Positions 26,643 to 41,200 of a stretch of DNA of 64,000 bases are shown one piece after another. Numbering within the stretch: the stretch's first letter is position 1; each line of letters opens with the position of its first letter. A model generated the notes under the pieces. It saw only the letters and a list, made by a program, of their open reading frames with translations. It made no database searches and had not been told where the DNA came from. The stretch lies in the NCBI RefSeq assembly GCF_002113885.1, contig NW_018405640.1:193220-257219 (forward strand), written 5' to 3'. Origin of the DNA: Mizuhopecten yessoensis (Eukaryota). The translations under genes were made by a program, and so were the position numbers.

Positions 26643-28295
26643 ATGGCGTCCGAGGACGTGTGTGATGGGGACACTACTTTGTCTCTGCTGTTGTGCAGCG
26701 ACTGTGAAACTGAGGAACATGTTAACTGGTTCTGTCAGGAATGTCAACACAACTTTTGTGATAAGTGTAAAGATCATCATTTAAGAAGAAAGAAATCGAG
26801 AACGCATTCAATTGTTCCGTTTCGAGAAGCCAAATACAGACCGGTATACATTAACAAGGCCTTGTGTGGCGTGCATCCGGGTGAATCCCTTGACTACTGG
26901 TGTGAGGACTGTGATGTTACAATTTGTGTGAAATGTATACCTGATCGACACAAGAAGCATAGCTGGTGCACTGTGGACGATTTCAGGTGCCGTGTCCAGG
27001 TAAATATCCATAGTAAAATAGACGAGTTCAGAGAAACATTGCTGAAATACAGAGGTGTGATGAACGATGATTCAAAATTCTCAGAATACATGAACTGTTG
27101 TATAGATCATCTCAAGGAAGATGTGAACAACCAAGCAAGCACCTTATGTCTAGAGGTAAACAAAAAGAGAGACGAAGTTTTGAACGAAGTCACCATTTTC
27201 GAGAATAAAGCAAAGATACAACAAAATCAAAGTAAGCTCAAGATGACTGAAGATATGGCAGCTTTAAATGAATTAATCACAAACACAGAACAATCCCTAA
27301 AAGGTTGTGAATCTTCGTCGTCTCTGTCTGTTTTATTGAAAACTATTGAAGATACTTCTGGGTGTTTCCAAAGTCCTGAAAGCGTTCGACGCCAACCGCC
27401 AACTTTAAGTAAACCAGAATATGTTGACCAATCAAAGTTGGTGTCACTGTTTGGTCAGCTGGAATATCCATCCTCCCAAAAACTAGAAGAGAGAGTGAAA
27501 TACGAGGTGAAAACAAAATACTTAAAAACAAAAACAATAAGGAAGATCCTGGCCCTCTGTGTTCTAGACAATGGTAACATCTGGGTTTCATTTGACGGGA
27601 ATCGGTTTTTAATGTTAATAGACGGATACTTGAATGCGATAAAGAAATCCTGTGACACAGAGAAAGGAGTGGTCAGTATGGCTCTTTATAAAAACACAGA
27701 CTTAGTGTTCACGCGATTCATGGACACTAGCGTGCAGCGAATCGGTTGCCATGGCGACAAAATGGTAACTATTGCTGATCTCGATCCTTACTACACAAAG
27801 GGCATAAGCGTAAACAATGAAAACAGACTTTTAGTCTGTGCTGTAACTACGACATGTAGCAAAATTGTGAAAATGACAGGGAGGGGTCAAATTCTCTTAG
27901 AAATACCAATCGACCGGAACGACATTGAAACACTTACTCGACCATATAGAATTACCAGTTTTGATACCGGTGAGATGTTTGTAGTTGACACAGCAAAAGA
28001 CGACCACCGTGTAACGTGTTTAGCTAAGCAAGGGGAACGTTTGTTTTCGTGGTCTTGGCGAGGTGAAGGAGTCGGTACAGTGGAACCGTTGGGGATAACC
28101 AATGACAAAACGGCGTGTTATATTACAGATGAAAAAAATAATAGGATTTACGTGTTACCAAAGAACGGAAATACAGCAGCCGTGTTGCTGGACGAGAGTA
28201 GCCGACAGACAGGACCAAGATGCATAACTATTGACCGGAAGGGATGTTTGTGGGTAGGGTGCAATAACGGTGTCATTCTAAAGATTGAGAGATAA
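26643..28295 (+). CDS. RING-less tripartite-motif-like protein, paralog of 18151-19938 (550 aa)
   Basis: CSDC..WFCQECQHNFCDKCKDHH and CGVH..YWCEDCDVTICVKCIPDRHKKH B-boxes. Shares DDHRVxC, WRGEGVG, GPRCI and WVGCxNG with the first copy. Probable 5'UTR acceptor TTTTCAG ending at 26523. Confidence 0.9.
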   Translation: MASEDVCDGDTTLSLLLCSDCETEEHVNWFCQECQHNFCDKCKDHHLRRKKSRTHSIVPFREAKYRPVYINKALCGVHPGESLDYWCEDCDVTICVKCIPDRHKKHSWCTVDDFRCRVQVNIHSKIDEFRETLLKYRGVMNDDSKFSEYMNCCIDHLKEDVNNQASTLCLEVNKKRDEVLNEVTIFENKAKIQQNQSKLKMTEDMAALNELITNTEQSLKGCESSSSLSVLLKTIEDTSGCFQSPESVRRQPPTLSKPEYVDQSKLVSLFGQLEYPSSQKLEERVKYEVKTKYLKTKTIRKILALCVLDNGNIWVSFDGNRFLMLIDGYLNAIKKSCDTEKGVVSMALYKNTDLVFTRFMDTSVQRIGCHGDKMVTIADLDPYYTKGISVNNENRLLVCAVTTTCSKIVKMTGRGQILLEIPIDRNDIETLTRPYRITSFDTGEMFVVDTAKDDHRVTCLAKQGERLFSWSWRGEGVGTVEPLGITNDKTACYITDEKNNRIYVLPKNGNTAAVLLDESSRQTGPRCITIDRKGCLWVGCNNGVILKIER

Positions 28296-29529
28296 ATCAA
28301 CCTTGGAACAGGTCGAGGCCACCAAAATACAGAGGAAGACGTCATGAACCCCGATAAAACAATGGTTTGTGAGGGATTGTGTTACACGTTACTGCTGGTA
28401 CCTTTGTTACAGTAATGTCTGTATTCATGAAATCCTATTAGTAATGCTTATGTAAGGGAGAAATGCAAACGCACAGTTGAAGTATTAAGATTAATCATGA
28501 ATTGGTAAGGTTAACAGTACATACATATACAAAATACGTTGGAGATAATAGAATTCAATATATTCTCGTGCGTAAATGTATTATCAAATTAATGAATGAT
28601 TCGATCAAACTAGGTACCGTTACAATAGGAGCAAGATTATGTGTAAAGCTGAAAGATCAACTTGTACGGTGGAAGGAGGCCGATAATTCATCAAAAAGCG
28701 TTACGTTAAATTATTTCTGCATGATATTTAATGACTGCATATCAATGTGTTTTGATAAAGTGCCAATGTGTACTAATGTATCCAATGACTCATATGTCTG
28801 AAACTGTTATGATTTACGTTGTCTGTTAATTAAAGCAGTTGAATTTTATGTTAGCCTTTGTGATCATTTCCAGTCCTTTTTATATCTAATATATATTTAC
28901 AAATCTCACCCCTAGGAGATAAAACGTGTTATATTTGCTGAAAAAAAACAGTGCTTTGTGTATTTTTGGATTTCGGCAAAAATACCGTAGAAAGAGTTGT
29001 CCAGACAAGATTGTGTTTATGGACAGACAGACAGACGACCTGATTCCAGTATAACTTCGCTGCGTGGGGTATAATACCTTGTCTTGTCTCATGGGTTGAA
29101 TATATATATATGTATATTTTTTATATAAATTTATCAAAATATGTTTGCCACTCGTGAAATATAAAAATAATTTATCAAGAAACCTAGAGTATCCCGTAAT
29201 GATACTAGTGTCTGATTCAGCTGAAATTAAGTATGCATATATGTATGACGCAGTTTGGCACTTAGCAAATAGTGGACGGACTCTCCAGTGAAACACTGGG
29301 TTTCCGTTTTACACAATTGACATATCCTGTTTCCTCAATCCGTTAGTATTTGATATGTATACCGGAAGGATAAAGAAACGTATGGTAAACATTCGAGGTG
29401 ATTTAATGTGAAGTATTTGAATGTTATATACAATACATTTATATAAGTATAATAAAAACAACTGTAATGAACAAATTACCAAAATATCATTAAATTTTGA
29501 CCGATAATTCATGAGTTATTGAAGCACAT

Positions 29530-30130
29530 TTGACAGTACCCCCAAGATCGCCAAGTGAAATCGAGTGAGAGGTAGACCAACTAACGGACGACGAGTGTGC
29601 AGACCAACCTCGCGCAATCGGTTCCTTGCAGATTGCATACCGTATTAATAGCGGTTTCAATGACATCAACGTGGCGATTACGCAGATGGGCAAGACGAAT
29701 AGCCCTGTCCTGACGTCGCGTCGTTACGCGCGGACGTCCCGATCGCGGTCGGTCGGCAACCCTTCCGGTATCTCTCGGACGACGGTCAAGACGTTCTATG
29801 GAAACATTCACACCGAACTGCATAGCAACATGTTGTTGCATTTGACCTTGCATTAGCAGTGCAATAGCCTGGCCCCTCTGAACTTACGTCAGCCGTACCA
29901 CGATTGCAAGAGATTCAAATTGACTTTAAATAGCGGAAAGCGGTGTATATACATCAATAGTATCAAGTGGTAAGACAGGATGTGTTGACGAATTTGTCAT
30001 CACTATTCTGCACGTGTTTTTTTTTTTTTTTTTGCATTTTACCATTTTCACTATTTGGCACACACAATTGAGTAACTTTAGACAACGGTTTGAGTGCACA
30101 GTGACCAAGAAACTCGTCTGACTGGTTTTC
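29530..30130 (-). mobile_element. Degraded Tc1-family transposon remnant
   Basis: Translation ..QGQMQQHVAMQFGVNVS..TGRVADRPRSGRPRVTTRRQDRAIRLAHLRNR.. is homologous to the N-terminus of the 14228-14908 transposase. Contains a stop and frameshifts; the ends are uncertain. Confidence 0.8.
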
Positions 30131-32133
30131 ATAATTTAAGGCCAAGCAATTAAAATTGTGTTACCATGCGTTGCTTTATCCTTTCAGTATATAATAGTCG
30201 TGAACAAAAATGTAGTCGTGCGTTTTGTTGACCAAGACATTGGATTGACAGTTGTCTATGCCAGAGACATCCACAATGGGGAGTTGATATGTACGCCCTC
30301 ACAAACTTACCGATATCATGACCCAAAACATACACATTTATCTTAAGGATATATGTCCCACTGCAGGGAAAACGCTAGATATTCAATTGTAGTTTTGGGT
30401 AAAGTCAGTAACCTCCCCTTAACCTCGTTTCGAATATGACTACAGTCATAATTCTTGCACGACTAGGCAAGAATAATATCATGGACCAGGATGTTTGGTT
30501 GGTCAATGATCGGAGGTCACGAGTTCGAATCCTGGTCTGACCCCTGTTGTATTCTTACCCTCAGACCGCTGTTGTTAATGTTTTGTTCTAGTTTTCTGCC
30601 ATCTTCATTATATTTTCGTTTGTTTTAACTCTGCAAGGTATGGTTTCCTTTTCCAAAATGACTTATCGAAGCTGTAGTCATTCCCGGAAAAATACAATGC
30701 ATAACTACACTTTTTGACAGTGTTAAATGAATCCGTATAGTGTTGATGATCAAAATGCGGTTACGGATTCAACAGGAGACACGAAGGGATATTTAGCATG
30801 AAGTGTAAGAAACATATTCAGCAGTGCTGGTTTCGCCTCCCGTTTACGTGCGAAACCCATGTTGTGTTTCTTTTTATTTTGGCGTGATTTTTGTTTCTAC
30901 TCCTTCCTATCTCTAAGGGTTTAGATTCTGTCTCACTTGTAAGTTTTCACTGTAGAAATCTTGAACCTTAATTATGATATGTCTTGCATATACAGAATGT
31001 AATACCTAAGTGTATATTTCACATTGGACATGGCACAAGTTTTTATCTTTTTATTAATTAGAATACACGAAAAAGATATTGATATATATATATAATGTAT
31101 ATGTTCAAAACCCCATCATTTCCTGCATAATAATTTGTAGGAACGGCATGTGGCAGGTTCTTCGGGCTTCTCCATAGCAAACGCGAAAAAAATGGATGTC
31201 CCTTTTTTTACTTTGAATTTTCTTTTTTGTTCCTGCTAATGTAAGCATATTCTGCGGGGTTTTTTTCATTTGATATAGCAGATACAAAATCAAAACATTT
31301 GTTTTATAAACATTCCAAAATTTCGAAGCGTAACGGTATAAAATTGTAAATATATCTATGTAGCATGTGCTATAAAAAAAGATTCGCACAGAAACTAGGC
31401 GCGTAATGACGTCGTTCAATGATAACGACGGAAGAGATCATTTATCATTGTACAGTAACGGAAGTGATTGCAAACTGACTGCCTAGGTAATATTGTAGAC
31501 TAAACATTGTCGATATACAACGTGAAGTACGTTGTTGTTAAGTTTGTTCTAATTAGTTAATTCGCCGATTTTGTCTCTATGACCCAGAAGCTGGTCACCC
31601 GATGCTACATCTTATATTATACTCGTAGAAAATTTCATTCATCAAGATATAGACTTTTACAGCTTTGATGCCTGATTCTTAGTTTTAAATAAGGGGTAAC
31701 TAAACTAGTGGAGGAATGCAACTGACAATTCTTTACAAAAGTTTAGATGCTGGTAGCCAGTTTGATCCGATATATACACGCATAATGGAATGTCTTTGAA
31801 TTCAACTGTGTTGCATACCATTATCTATGTTTGTAAAAGACATTTCGATCTTTAAATACCATTTTAAAAAGAATTCAAAGCACGTGATGAAAATAAAATC
31901 AAACTTTGTACCATTTCATCTGAAATTTAAGCGTATAAAATAAAACTCTAACCAACGGAAAAATCGTTTTCGCATAAAATCGTTTTATTTTCTAACGCTA
32001 CTTTAGCAGGCTGGTGTTTATTTCAAATGTGAATAAAATAGTGCATTTCGGAGGAGTAAAAACAACAATCACTTTCCCTTTTGTTTGCTTTATTTTCTGA
32101 ATCAAATGCTCACAAATATTTATCTCCTTTGAT

Positions 32134-35100
32134 TTACCCAATGGTCCCCTGGCTGTAGTCGTTTCTGAAACATAAAGATATTAATGTTACTCTAGAAGGA
32201 TAAAACAGTGTTTATATTACTAAATTTTAAAGGTGAAGTCACTTGTGCGTGTGTCTTTCTTCTTTCCATATACAAGGTGCTAAATTCGGCTGGTGAATTT
32301 GTTAGTCCCCGAAGTTTGCCGTAACCTTGATGGACACCATTATCTCTTTTGAGTAGTGTCACGCTTCATAATATAACACTTTTCTCATTATCAATATGAC
32401 ACTGAACTTTCTCCTCTTATTTTTGAAACTTATATGATTAAGAGGATTGTGTATCTCCCCTCTCTGGTTCAACAGTAGTTAAGACCAATTTGGATTTCCA
32501 CTCTGTTGGCCCTGCCGCCACCGATGATTCATAGAAAGAAGACACAGATGCATGGAGCCCCGTACTTCATTTTGGCATACTGTATCAATTACCAAATTGT
32601 ATGGAAGCAATCACAAACATAATTCTGAAATACTTTTAGTTTTGCGTTAAAGTAATAAACAGTCTGTGAACACCATACCATCGTACGAAGCCGCATGGCA
32701 GCAAGTCCACGGTAGGTGTACAAACAGAGACAATGTGGTAAAGATATTCAATAAATATCAACAGATCGTCTACACAGTTCACCAATGTCAATTAACCACC
32801 TTCATTTTCACGAATATTAGTAGATCACCTACACATTTTCACGAATATTTGTAGATCACCTACACATTTAACAAATATCAATTGACCACCTACATTTTCA
32901 TGAATATTAGTAGATCACTTACACATTTAACAAATATCAATTGTCCACCTACATTTTCACAGATATTAGTAGATCACCTAAACATTTAACAAATATCAAT
33001 TGACCACCTACATATTTCATCAATATTAATAGTTCACCTACAAATTCAGGAGTAGCAGTAGATCATTCACAAATCATCTAACGATGGCTCTAAACGTTCT
33101 TAACATTTCTATGTCTAGAACAGAATGTACCCTGTCACTTTCATCACAAAGTTATTTTTAGATGAAGGTGACAGTGCATATCGAACTAGTCCTCGAAACG
33201 CTTCATTGGTTGTGCTAAAAGAAACTGTATGCAATATATCTAACGATGCTTGATAAATTGCTAAATGTGTAGATAATCTGTTACAAGTATATGTCAAGTT
33301 TATATGAAACTGTAAAAAGTCTTACTCAATTTCACAGACAAACGGAAGTGACGTATTGCATGGAACATCGTTCCAAAAACCTGACAGTGTTAAGGCCAAG
33401 CAATCCTCCCTCCCGTAATGGTCGTTTGGTTCCCCGGGACCCCAGTGCGAGTTGGTGATTGAATCAAATGAACTGGCCCACTCCCATTCTCCTTCAACAA
33501 AGAAGTCGGCCCCTCCTAAATAGTATTCACCTTGGGTTACTGAAATGACAGGAACAAAGCTATGACAGAAATGTGGAAAGATAGCAAAACCATATTTGTG
33601 TCTTTACGAGTGAAAGCACGTGACGTGTTTTGTGATCTGTTGTGACCTGTTGTGCTTTCAGCTAAATGTTCCAATAGACAATTGATGAACACATAACAAT
33701 AAAAATGTGTTTGCCAGAAGCGATGTCTAAATAATTTCGAAAATACAATTGTTGAAATACGGAAAAATGCCTTATAAACACTTTACGGCATTACAAGTTT
33801 ACAACATTTTGCGACTAGAGATAATATATTCTCAGACTAACATTTCATGTTAGCTGGGCTGTGTCAGAATAAATTCAAGCCACAAGCATGGAATATGTTT
33901 GTTAAAATTTAAATTTTGTTATTATAATTATGGTTTGCTAATAAGAAATTTTGGAAAATCAGGCCTTTTTCTGACACTTGTTTACTTACCATGTTTATCT
34001 CTAACCTCTCCGTCTAGGAAAACTACATCTATTGAATCTCTCGGTTCTGCAAGTTTTCCGCGGAAATTTCGACAGTAACTCTGTAAAAATGATAAATTAA
34101 AGCATATGAATTTGGAGAAACAAAACGTGCACGTGTCTATCAATATTTCTATCGAATTATGCTGATTTTTTAAGTTGCAATAGTTTTCAGAAATATCTTA
34201 CCTTATTAAATATTACTTATACATGAATAACGTATATCCTTTAAATCATACAGATACTTAAAGGACAAATTTATGATGAAACTTTAATAAAGGGCACATT
34301 TGTCTTGGCTTATTTAGCTTGAGGGTTCCTATAATCCAGATAGCCATGTTCGAAAAGCAATACAGTAAGCCATGTGTTTTATTACCAGTTTGTTGCTTTT
34401 TGCTCAGTGGACATAGTTTAAATGGTTTAAAGAATACAAATGAATGTTTCACACAAAATCATTGAGGCAGGGCCTGCTGGAAAATTATTTCGCTACGATA
34501 TCTGGACTCTTAAGATATTCAGTTCTCATTATTATATAGAAAAATCCTCCAAGCGCACGATTCTTGCAAGATTCTTGTTAACATCAGTATTACTCCCTGC
34601 ATAGCAAAGTACTGTTTTAGACAAACATTCGTGAAAATGGAATGCAATGGCCAACAAGAGAAGGACGCAAACATATATTTACATATATTCATGGATCACG
34701 TCTCAAAATTTTATATGTAAAGATGTGGAGAAAACTAAATCCTTGTATATCATGGTATATTTTCATATGGTGCAAAATGATCAAAATTTCCATCACTTTG
34801 TACCAAGGCACACCAGGATATAAAATAGTATCTTCCTGTCCGGTCGCTGTCGGTCATTGTAATGAAATGATATAAAGAGTTAACTCACACCAGCGTCGGC
34901 CCAAGATCCTACCACCACGCTGAAGAAGTAGCAACGTTCTCCGTGTGCAGTCCAACCTGACGGACACGCTACAACATACATAACCATATTATTCGGCAAA
35001 TGAACTAGTGGAAACATTCAGTTTGAACATGAGAGAAAAAAAAGAAAAACAACAACAAGTACAGATGTGTAAACAACCCTAAACAAGCTCAAAATCGATA

Positions 35101-35813
35101 AGCTCATAGCAAATAGGGAAAGGATCTGTACATCTATACAACTTCTGTATGGGAACCTAAAACAAGAGAGAATAAAAGAGAATAGGATCAAATGTTCCGA
35201 AAGGTTAAGTTTCTTCTGCTATATCAACGACATCTGGTATGTAAATCTAGGTCTTATCGTAGCCATGGCACGTCCTGAGAGCGAGTCCTGGAAACGTGAC
35301 AGAGAAACAATAAGGCGTGTTAATGAGCAAACTCAAAAAAACGTAATTAGTATCAACAAACATATTAATTAATTATGGCATTAACGAAGGACAAAAACTG
35401 AATCACAAGAACAGGAACTGATTATTAAGGAAGAACACAGTGAACGCTCATTAACACTCCTGCACCACTGTGGCACCCGTTCAGATGTAGCGTTATCAAA
35501 TCTTGAAACATCTAAATTATTATTGATGTAATGCAATGTACTGGAATTCCACAAATAGAAATTGGTCAAGATAGAGACTATTCAATTACAACTCTTGCGA
35601 CGTCACTGTTTTAGCTTTAGACTCAACGTTGTTACATTATACTAGCTGTGACAGTGAATGATTTTTTCTAAACCAAATGTGTGTCAATATTGGATTATAT
35701 TTTAGCTAAAACAATATTTCAATACCAGTTTACAAGACAGCAGATATCCGATTAAAATTACCTTGGATCAGCGCCCCTACTATATTTAAAAGGAGCAGTA
35801 TGTTCCCTATCAT
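32134..35813 (-). CDS. Secreted single-domain C-type lectin (perlucin-like), paralog B, 155 aa, 5 exons
   Basis: Exons 35762-35813, 34889-34968, 33990-34080, 33326-33539 and 32134-32164 are all GT-AG and in frame (468 nt). Signal peptide MIGNILLLLNIVGALIQA, then CPSGW..CYFF, WGPGEPND, EDC, WNDVPC, FVCE, ending NDYSQGTIG*. AATAAA at 32089-32094 (minus strand). Confidence 0.93.
32780..33065. repeat. Intronic tandem repeat of ~29-30 bp subunits
   Basis: Recurrent AATATTAGTAGATCACCTACACATTT / AAATATCAATTGACCACCTACATTTT units in intron 4 of lectin B. Confidence 0.75.
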
Positions 35814-38209
35814 GCTGGCTGTTTAGTCGCCTGTCCGATTGTCCTTGATGTGTAAAAGGTTTGTTTTCTTATCACATAACGCGTAGACCATTGGTTGTCG
35901 TCAGTCTAGCTGTGCTGTGAATTTCCGAGATCACACCTACGGTCAAGACCACAGACGATAAATTGTTACCAGTTGTTTTACCCACAGTTCATTGTAATTG
36001 ATGTTCGTATGAAAACTTAGGTAAAAATAGAAAGGTTCAAATATTTTGTTACAAACATCAAAAATCATATACCTACTAATTAATGTTTTCCTTGTGCATT
36101 AAATGTATGTGTCTCCTATGCCCCTTTCTAATGAAGGTATACCTCCTGCAGTTTAACTTTCCTGGATGTCCAGTGAAAGTCCTGTTCTTCCTTTAGAAAT
36201 ACCCTACGACATTACATTTTTATTATCAGTAATTATATATAACAGTCGACTGGGAAACATTTAAAAAATATGACTATCCATTTTTTGTGGAACATCGTTT
36301 TATCTTAGATACATAATTATGTGGGTCATACCGCCATAAAATCTGTTTAAAATTTCTCTTGGAGAAAAACTAGCTATGCCCCGGCATCGACTGCAGAAAC
36401 CAATCGCAAATCTCACATTTGCATCCATCGCAACTGTGCTCAATATTTACGAAAGTACGTAGTATACATGAGGGTAGCAAAGTGATTCCCTGTACCACAA
36501 TTCTCAATTATGTATTGCTACCAGTTATGCCATTTTTCGTTGTTTTGTTATGGGTAAAACCCAAAGATTGATGCAAAAAATAAAGCTACTCAATTTATTT
36601 TCATGTACGGGGTAAAAAAAAATCACTAAAAATGCAGAGAGCACCTAATTGAGAATTGTTATAAAGATGTTTTCAGAATCGGAAAGCCAAATAAAGTAAC
36701 CTATTAACGGCAAAGCATGGTCATTTCATCCATTTAGGACTGGTCAGTTGGACTTAAGGTCAGAAGAATCACTACCCAAAACGGGACACTTGTGGTCAAA
36801 CGGCCCAAGAAACTGTCGTGAAGTGCAAAGAAGTACTTTTATGTGTGCAGTTTTCACTTGATGATGCTTTTATGACAAATTAACTGTATATAAGCTGTTT
36901 TGGGGGCTGAATATTGTTAAATGGACAATTAGAGGTAAGAATAATTACCAAAACACAACTTTCGTGATTTTTATATGGATATCATTTTCAAAAGTAACGC
37001 TAGTTTCGTGAAGAAATTTTATCAGAACTCCTCCCTTTGACTCTAAAATATTTGAACTATGTATAATTTTCTTCTGATATTGATTAGCCAAAATACCAGT
37101 GTCTCTTTCAGGGTACAGTTACACCTGTTTAACGGCGTACATGACCCCGAAAGTATTTGCGCGTTCTTTTTATAGAACAACGTGCCAGAAATACCAAATT
37201 GTATTAGAAATGAAAAGTGAACGGTATCTTTTTATGAAAAAAAGGCACAAATATGTTTTTTGAATTAATAGTATGGTATAAAATACATGGACATTTATTC
37301 GCTTAAAGTATTCCAAAAAATACTGCTAAATAGGAAAAGTGTCAATATAACCCTTTATGACGGTAAAAATGTACAACTTCATGCTGTAAACAGACAATGT
37401 ACACTTAAACTAGTATTTCACGTAAACTGTGCCAGTACTAACTCAGTAACAAGGCTATTAATTATGAAATAATAAATAACCAACAAGAATATAAATCTTG
37501 AATTAGAAAGAAGACACTCTGACGGGACACACGTGTGGTGCAATATATACTCACACTTCCGGAACATCCGCTTTTTTTTATTTAGGATCTTTGAAGTCCT
37601 TCCTGTTGCTTTAATGACTTCTCCGTTTCTATCGTTTTGACTTTGAGTTCAGTTTCTGTACCCGTGTGTTGACACTTATATTTTACTGCTATATTTTCTT
37701 TATTTTTATTTCAGAGCTTGGTGACCGTTCAACGATCTTACCCACAGGAATCAAGTCTTCAGTTGTGGTAGTCGCTCAGATCTCCATGTTTATATTGTGT
37801 AGTAATTAATTGGAGGTTGCTTTGGAAGCATGATTAAATAAAACAAAAGTGAACCAAGGCGAAGTTGAAAATGTGAAATATACACGAAGGAAAATAACAG
37901 GAATTTAGTAGGCATTAAAACGAATGAAATTACTACATGACTGTTTTAAACGAAAAACTTGGCCGTTATTCTAAGGGTGTCGTGGCGTAAAACGAAATAT
38001 TGTATTGGAAATGTCTTTAACTCGTTAGAAAAGACTACGTGTGGTTTACATAAATGACGCTTCATTTTGTAATAAAAGTGGCATTATCATCAATCAATAT
38101 ATTTCAGTGAAGAGAATTACAAACATAAAACAATTGATTTCTTTAAAGCGGGTTTATTTCATACTTTGAATATACAAAAAAAAATGCATCTATGTTACTT
38201 TGGTATGGT

Positions 38210-41200
38210 CTATCCGATTGTTTCCTGGCCGAAGTCATTTCTGAAATAAACACAGACTTGCAATCAGTGCTCTATTATATACAAGAACGTGTTAGTACAT
38301 CATTAATGGCTGTCTAGCAAGATACGTGTACTAGAACGTTTCTACATAAAAGGAAATGGTCAATGGTCAATCTGGCAAAACTCGCTCAATTGGTAACGGG
38401 ACACTTGCATACTTTGTCAAAACTGACTCAGTCTTCATGAACATTGGGGAAAATCGTATTTGAATAAAATCGAGGCAGATTCATTTAATGTAATCTAATA
38501 ACGGTTGAAATATTTTGCTTCAATTTCCGAGCGACAATAAGTTTCAATTGTTATTTTGAACATTTATAACGAAGGTCAACCAATTTGGTGGTGAAAGAAG
38601 GGAATTTACACAAAATTGTTTGGAGCATTTCGTTTAGGAATCATGTTAATGCAATGATAATAATAAAATTACAGTAATGAAAACTATTTCGGCTTTTTGC
38701 ATAATACCATATCTTCAGGTGTGACATTGAATAATATTTTCAAGGCAAAATAAGTGTTGTATCCATGTGACTCATGACTCATTTAAACAGCAAATATAAA
38801 TCAAGTGTGATCTTATTATACTACAAATGACAGTTCGACTGAGCACCGTAAGTACTTACTCAAGTTCGCACACAAACGGAAGTGATATATTACAGGGAAC
38901 GTCATTCCATAAACCACTTAATACCACACCCAAACAATCCTCTCTCCCGGCTAAGTCATTTGGTTCCCCTGGTGACCAGTTGGCATTAGTGATTGGCGAC
39001 AAAGTGCTAGCCCAAATCCATTCTCCTTCAATGAAGAAGTCACCTCCTCCTAAATAGTATTCACCAATCCTTGCTGGTTTGGCAACACAAGAAGAAAAAT
39101 ATACCACAATGTATACAACACCTTAATTCAAAATCAAAATCGACGAAACTAGAGTTAATTAAGAGTACATGAATACTTACACAGAGATAATAAATAACAC
39201 CAATAAGACCACATGTTCCTAAAGGGTAAGCGTCCTTTGATGAAGTAGGTCAAAATATAATACCATTTAGCCGGGTTTTTTGCTGGATTTGTATATTTTT
39301 TTTATTTCGCTGTGAATACATTTATTCGCGAAAACAGAATTCTTGTAATAATATGGCACGAGTAATTATAATCCACGTTATAAAATACAATGCAGTCTAG
39401 TATTGCAACTGGATCAGGATCGTCCTTATCAAGCATGTATGTAAGTTCTCAAGCGATCCAGGAATATCATTCGCTAAGCGTTATTATTTAAAACAGTATA
39501 GTAAACATTTGGATAAGTTTATGTTTATGTACAGATGATACATTGATATTTGTTTAAAAATAAAACCAAGAGAATTTCAGAAGTGTACCGGAATATATGT
39601 TAAAAAGTTGACATCGGGACAATATTTATACTAAAACACTCCATATCTGCAAATCACTAAATTTGAAAGCGTGTGAATTAAATTTTCGTGTTGGAGTAAA
39701 AAATTAGAATATTTAAAGCCGGGAGAAAAGCGACCTATATAGTAATGTCACGCTCTCAAAGAGGGAGATTGGGCAGTGACAACGGAATAACAAGGCACAC
39801 AAGGAAATAGAATGAGAACATAATGGCAAATTTATCTCATATCGGAGATCAAATTTCAATTTTGATTAATGAGTTAATTGAAAAATAGTTTATATTGACA
39901 TATCAACTTACGATGTGTGCTTTTTACCGCTGTGTCAATGAAAACAACGTCAGCGGCTTCCATAGGTTCTGCAAGTTTTGCGTTGAAATTCCGGCAATAA
40001 CTCTACAAAATTGAAAACAAATAAATATTTAACTTAAATGAGGAATTATCAACTTTAATACAATGGCACTGGTATCAGATACGATAAAAAATATGTGTCG
40101 AACATAAAATGAGGTTCCTGTACAAAGATGGGCGAAACGGTGAGAACATGTAGTGCAGAAAAAAAGGGTTTACTTTGTTTGCCTTTCGGCATCGGTTTAC
40201 TTATTATAAGATATGTTTCCTTACTCCGTGTTTCTGTTGATTGCCAACCAGGGTAAGATACTAACTATTAAATATGTTTCCTACTCAGTGTTTCTATTGA
40301 TTACCAACCAGGGTAAGATACTTACTATTAAATATGTTTCCTACTCAGTGTTTCTATTGATTACCAACCAGGGTAAGATACTAATAATCGAATATGTTTC
40401 CTTAATCCAGGTTTAGATTGATTACCAACCAGGATAAGATACTTATTATTAAATATGTTTCCTTACTCCGTGTTTCTGTTGATTACCAACCAAGGTAGGA
40501 TACTAATTATCAAATATGTTTCCTTACTCCGTGTTTATATTGATTACCAACCAAGGTAAGATATAAATTATTAAATGTGTTTCCTTACTCCGTGTTTATA
40601 TTGATTACCAACCAAGGTAAGATATTAATTATTAAATATGTTTCCTTACTCAGTGTTTCTATTGATTACCAACCAGGGTAAGATACTAACTATTAAATGT
40701 GTTTCCTTACTCCGTTTTTATATTGATTGCCAACCAGGATTAGGTACTTATTATAAAATATGTTTCCTTACTCCGTGTTCATATTGATTACCAACCAGGA
40801 TAAAATACTAATTATTGAATATTTTTCCTCACTCCGTGTTTATATTGATTTCCAACCAAAGTAAAATACTAATTATTAAATATGTTTCTTTATTCCGTGA
40901 TTATATTGATTGCCAACCAGGATAAGATACTAATTATCTAATATGTTTCCTTACTCCGTGTTTATATTGATTACCAACCAGGATAAAATACTAATTATTG
41001 AATATGTTTCCTTACTCCGTGTTTATATTGATTACTAACCAGGATAAAATACTAATTATTGAAAATGTTTCCTTACTCCGTATTCTATGGATTACCAACA
41101 AGGATAAGATACTAAGCGATAAATTTGCACGAATTCATTCGAGAAAAATGTCGACAAAATATTATTTCTGGAGACTCTAGCTTAAAGGTATATGCTTTTT

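Noticed and set aside
38856-39107. 83-aa ORF as a standalone gene
   Set aside because: It is exon 4 of lectin A; its start lies in the intron and its stop overlaps the donor site.
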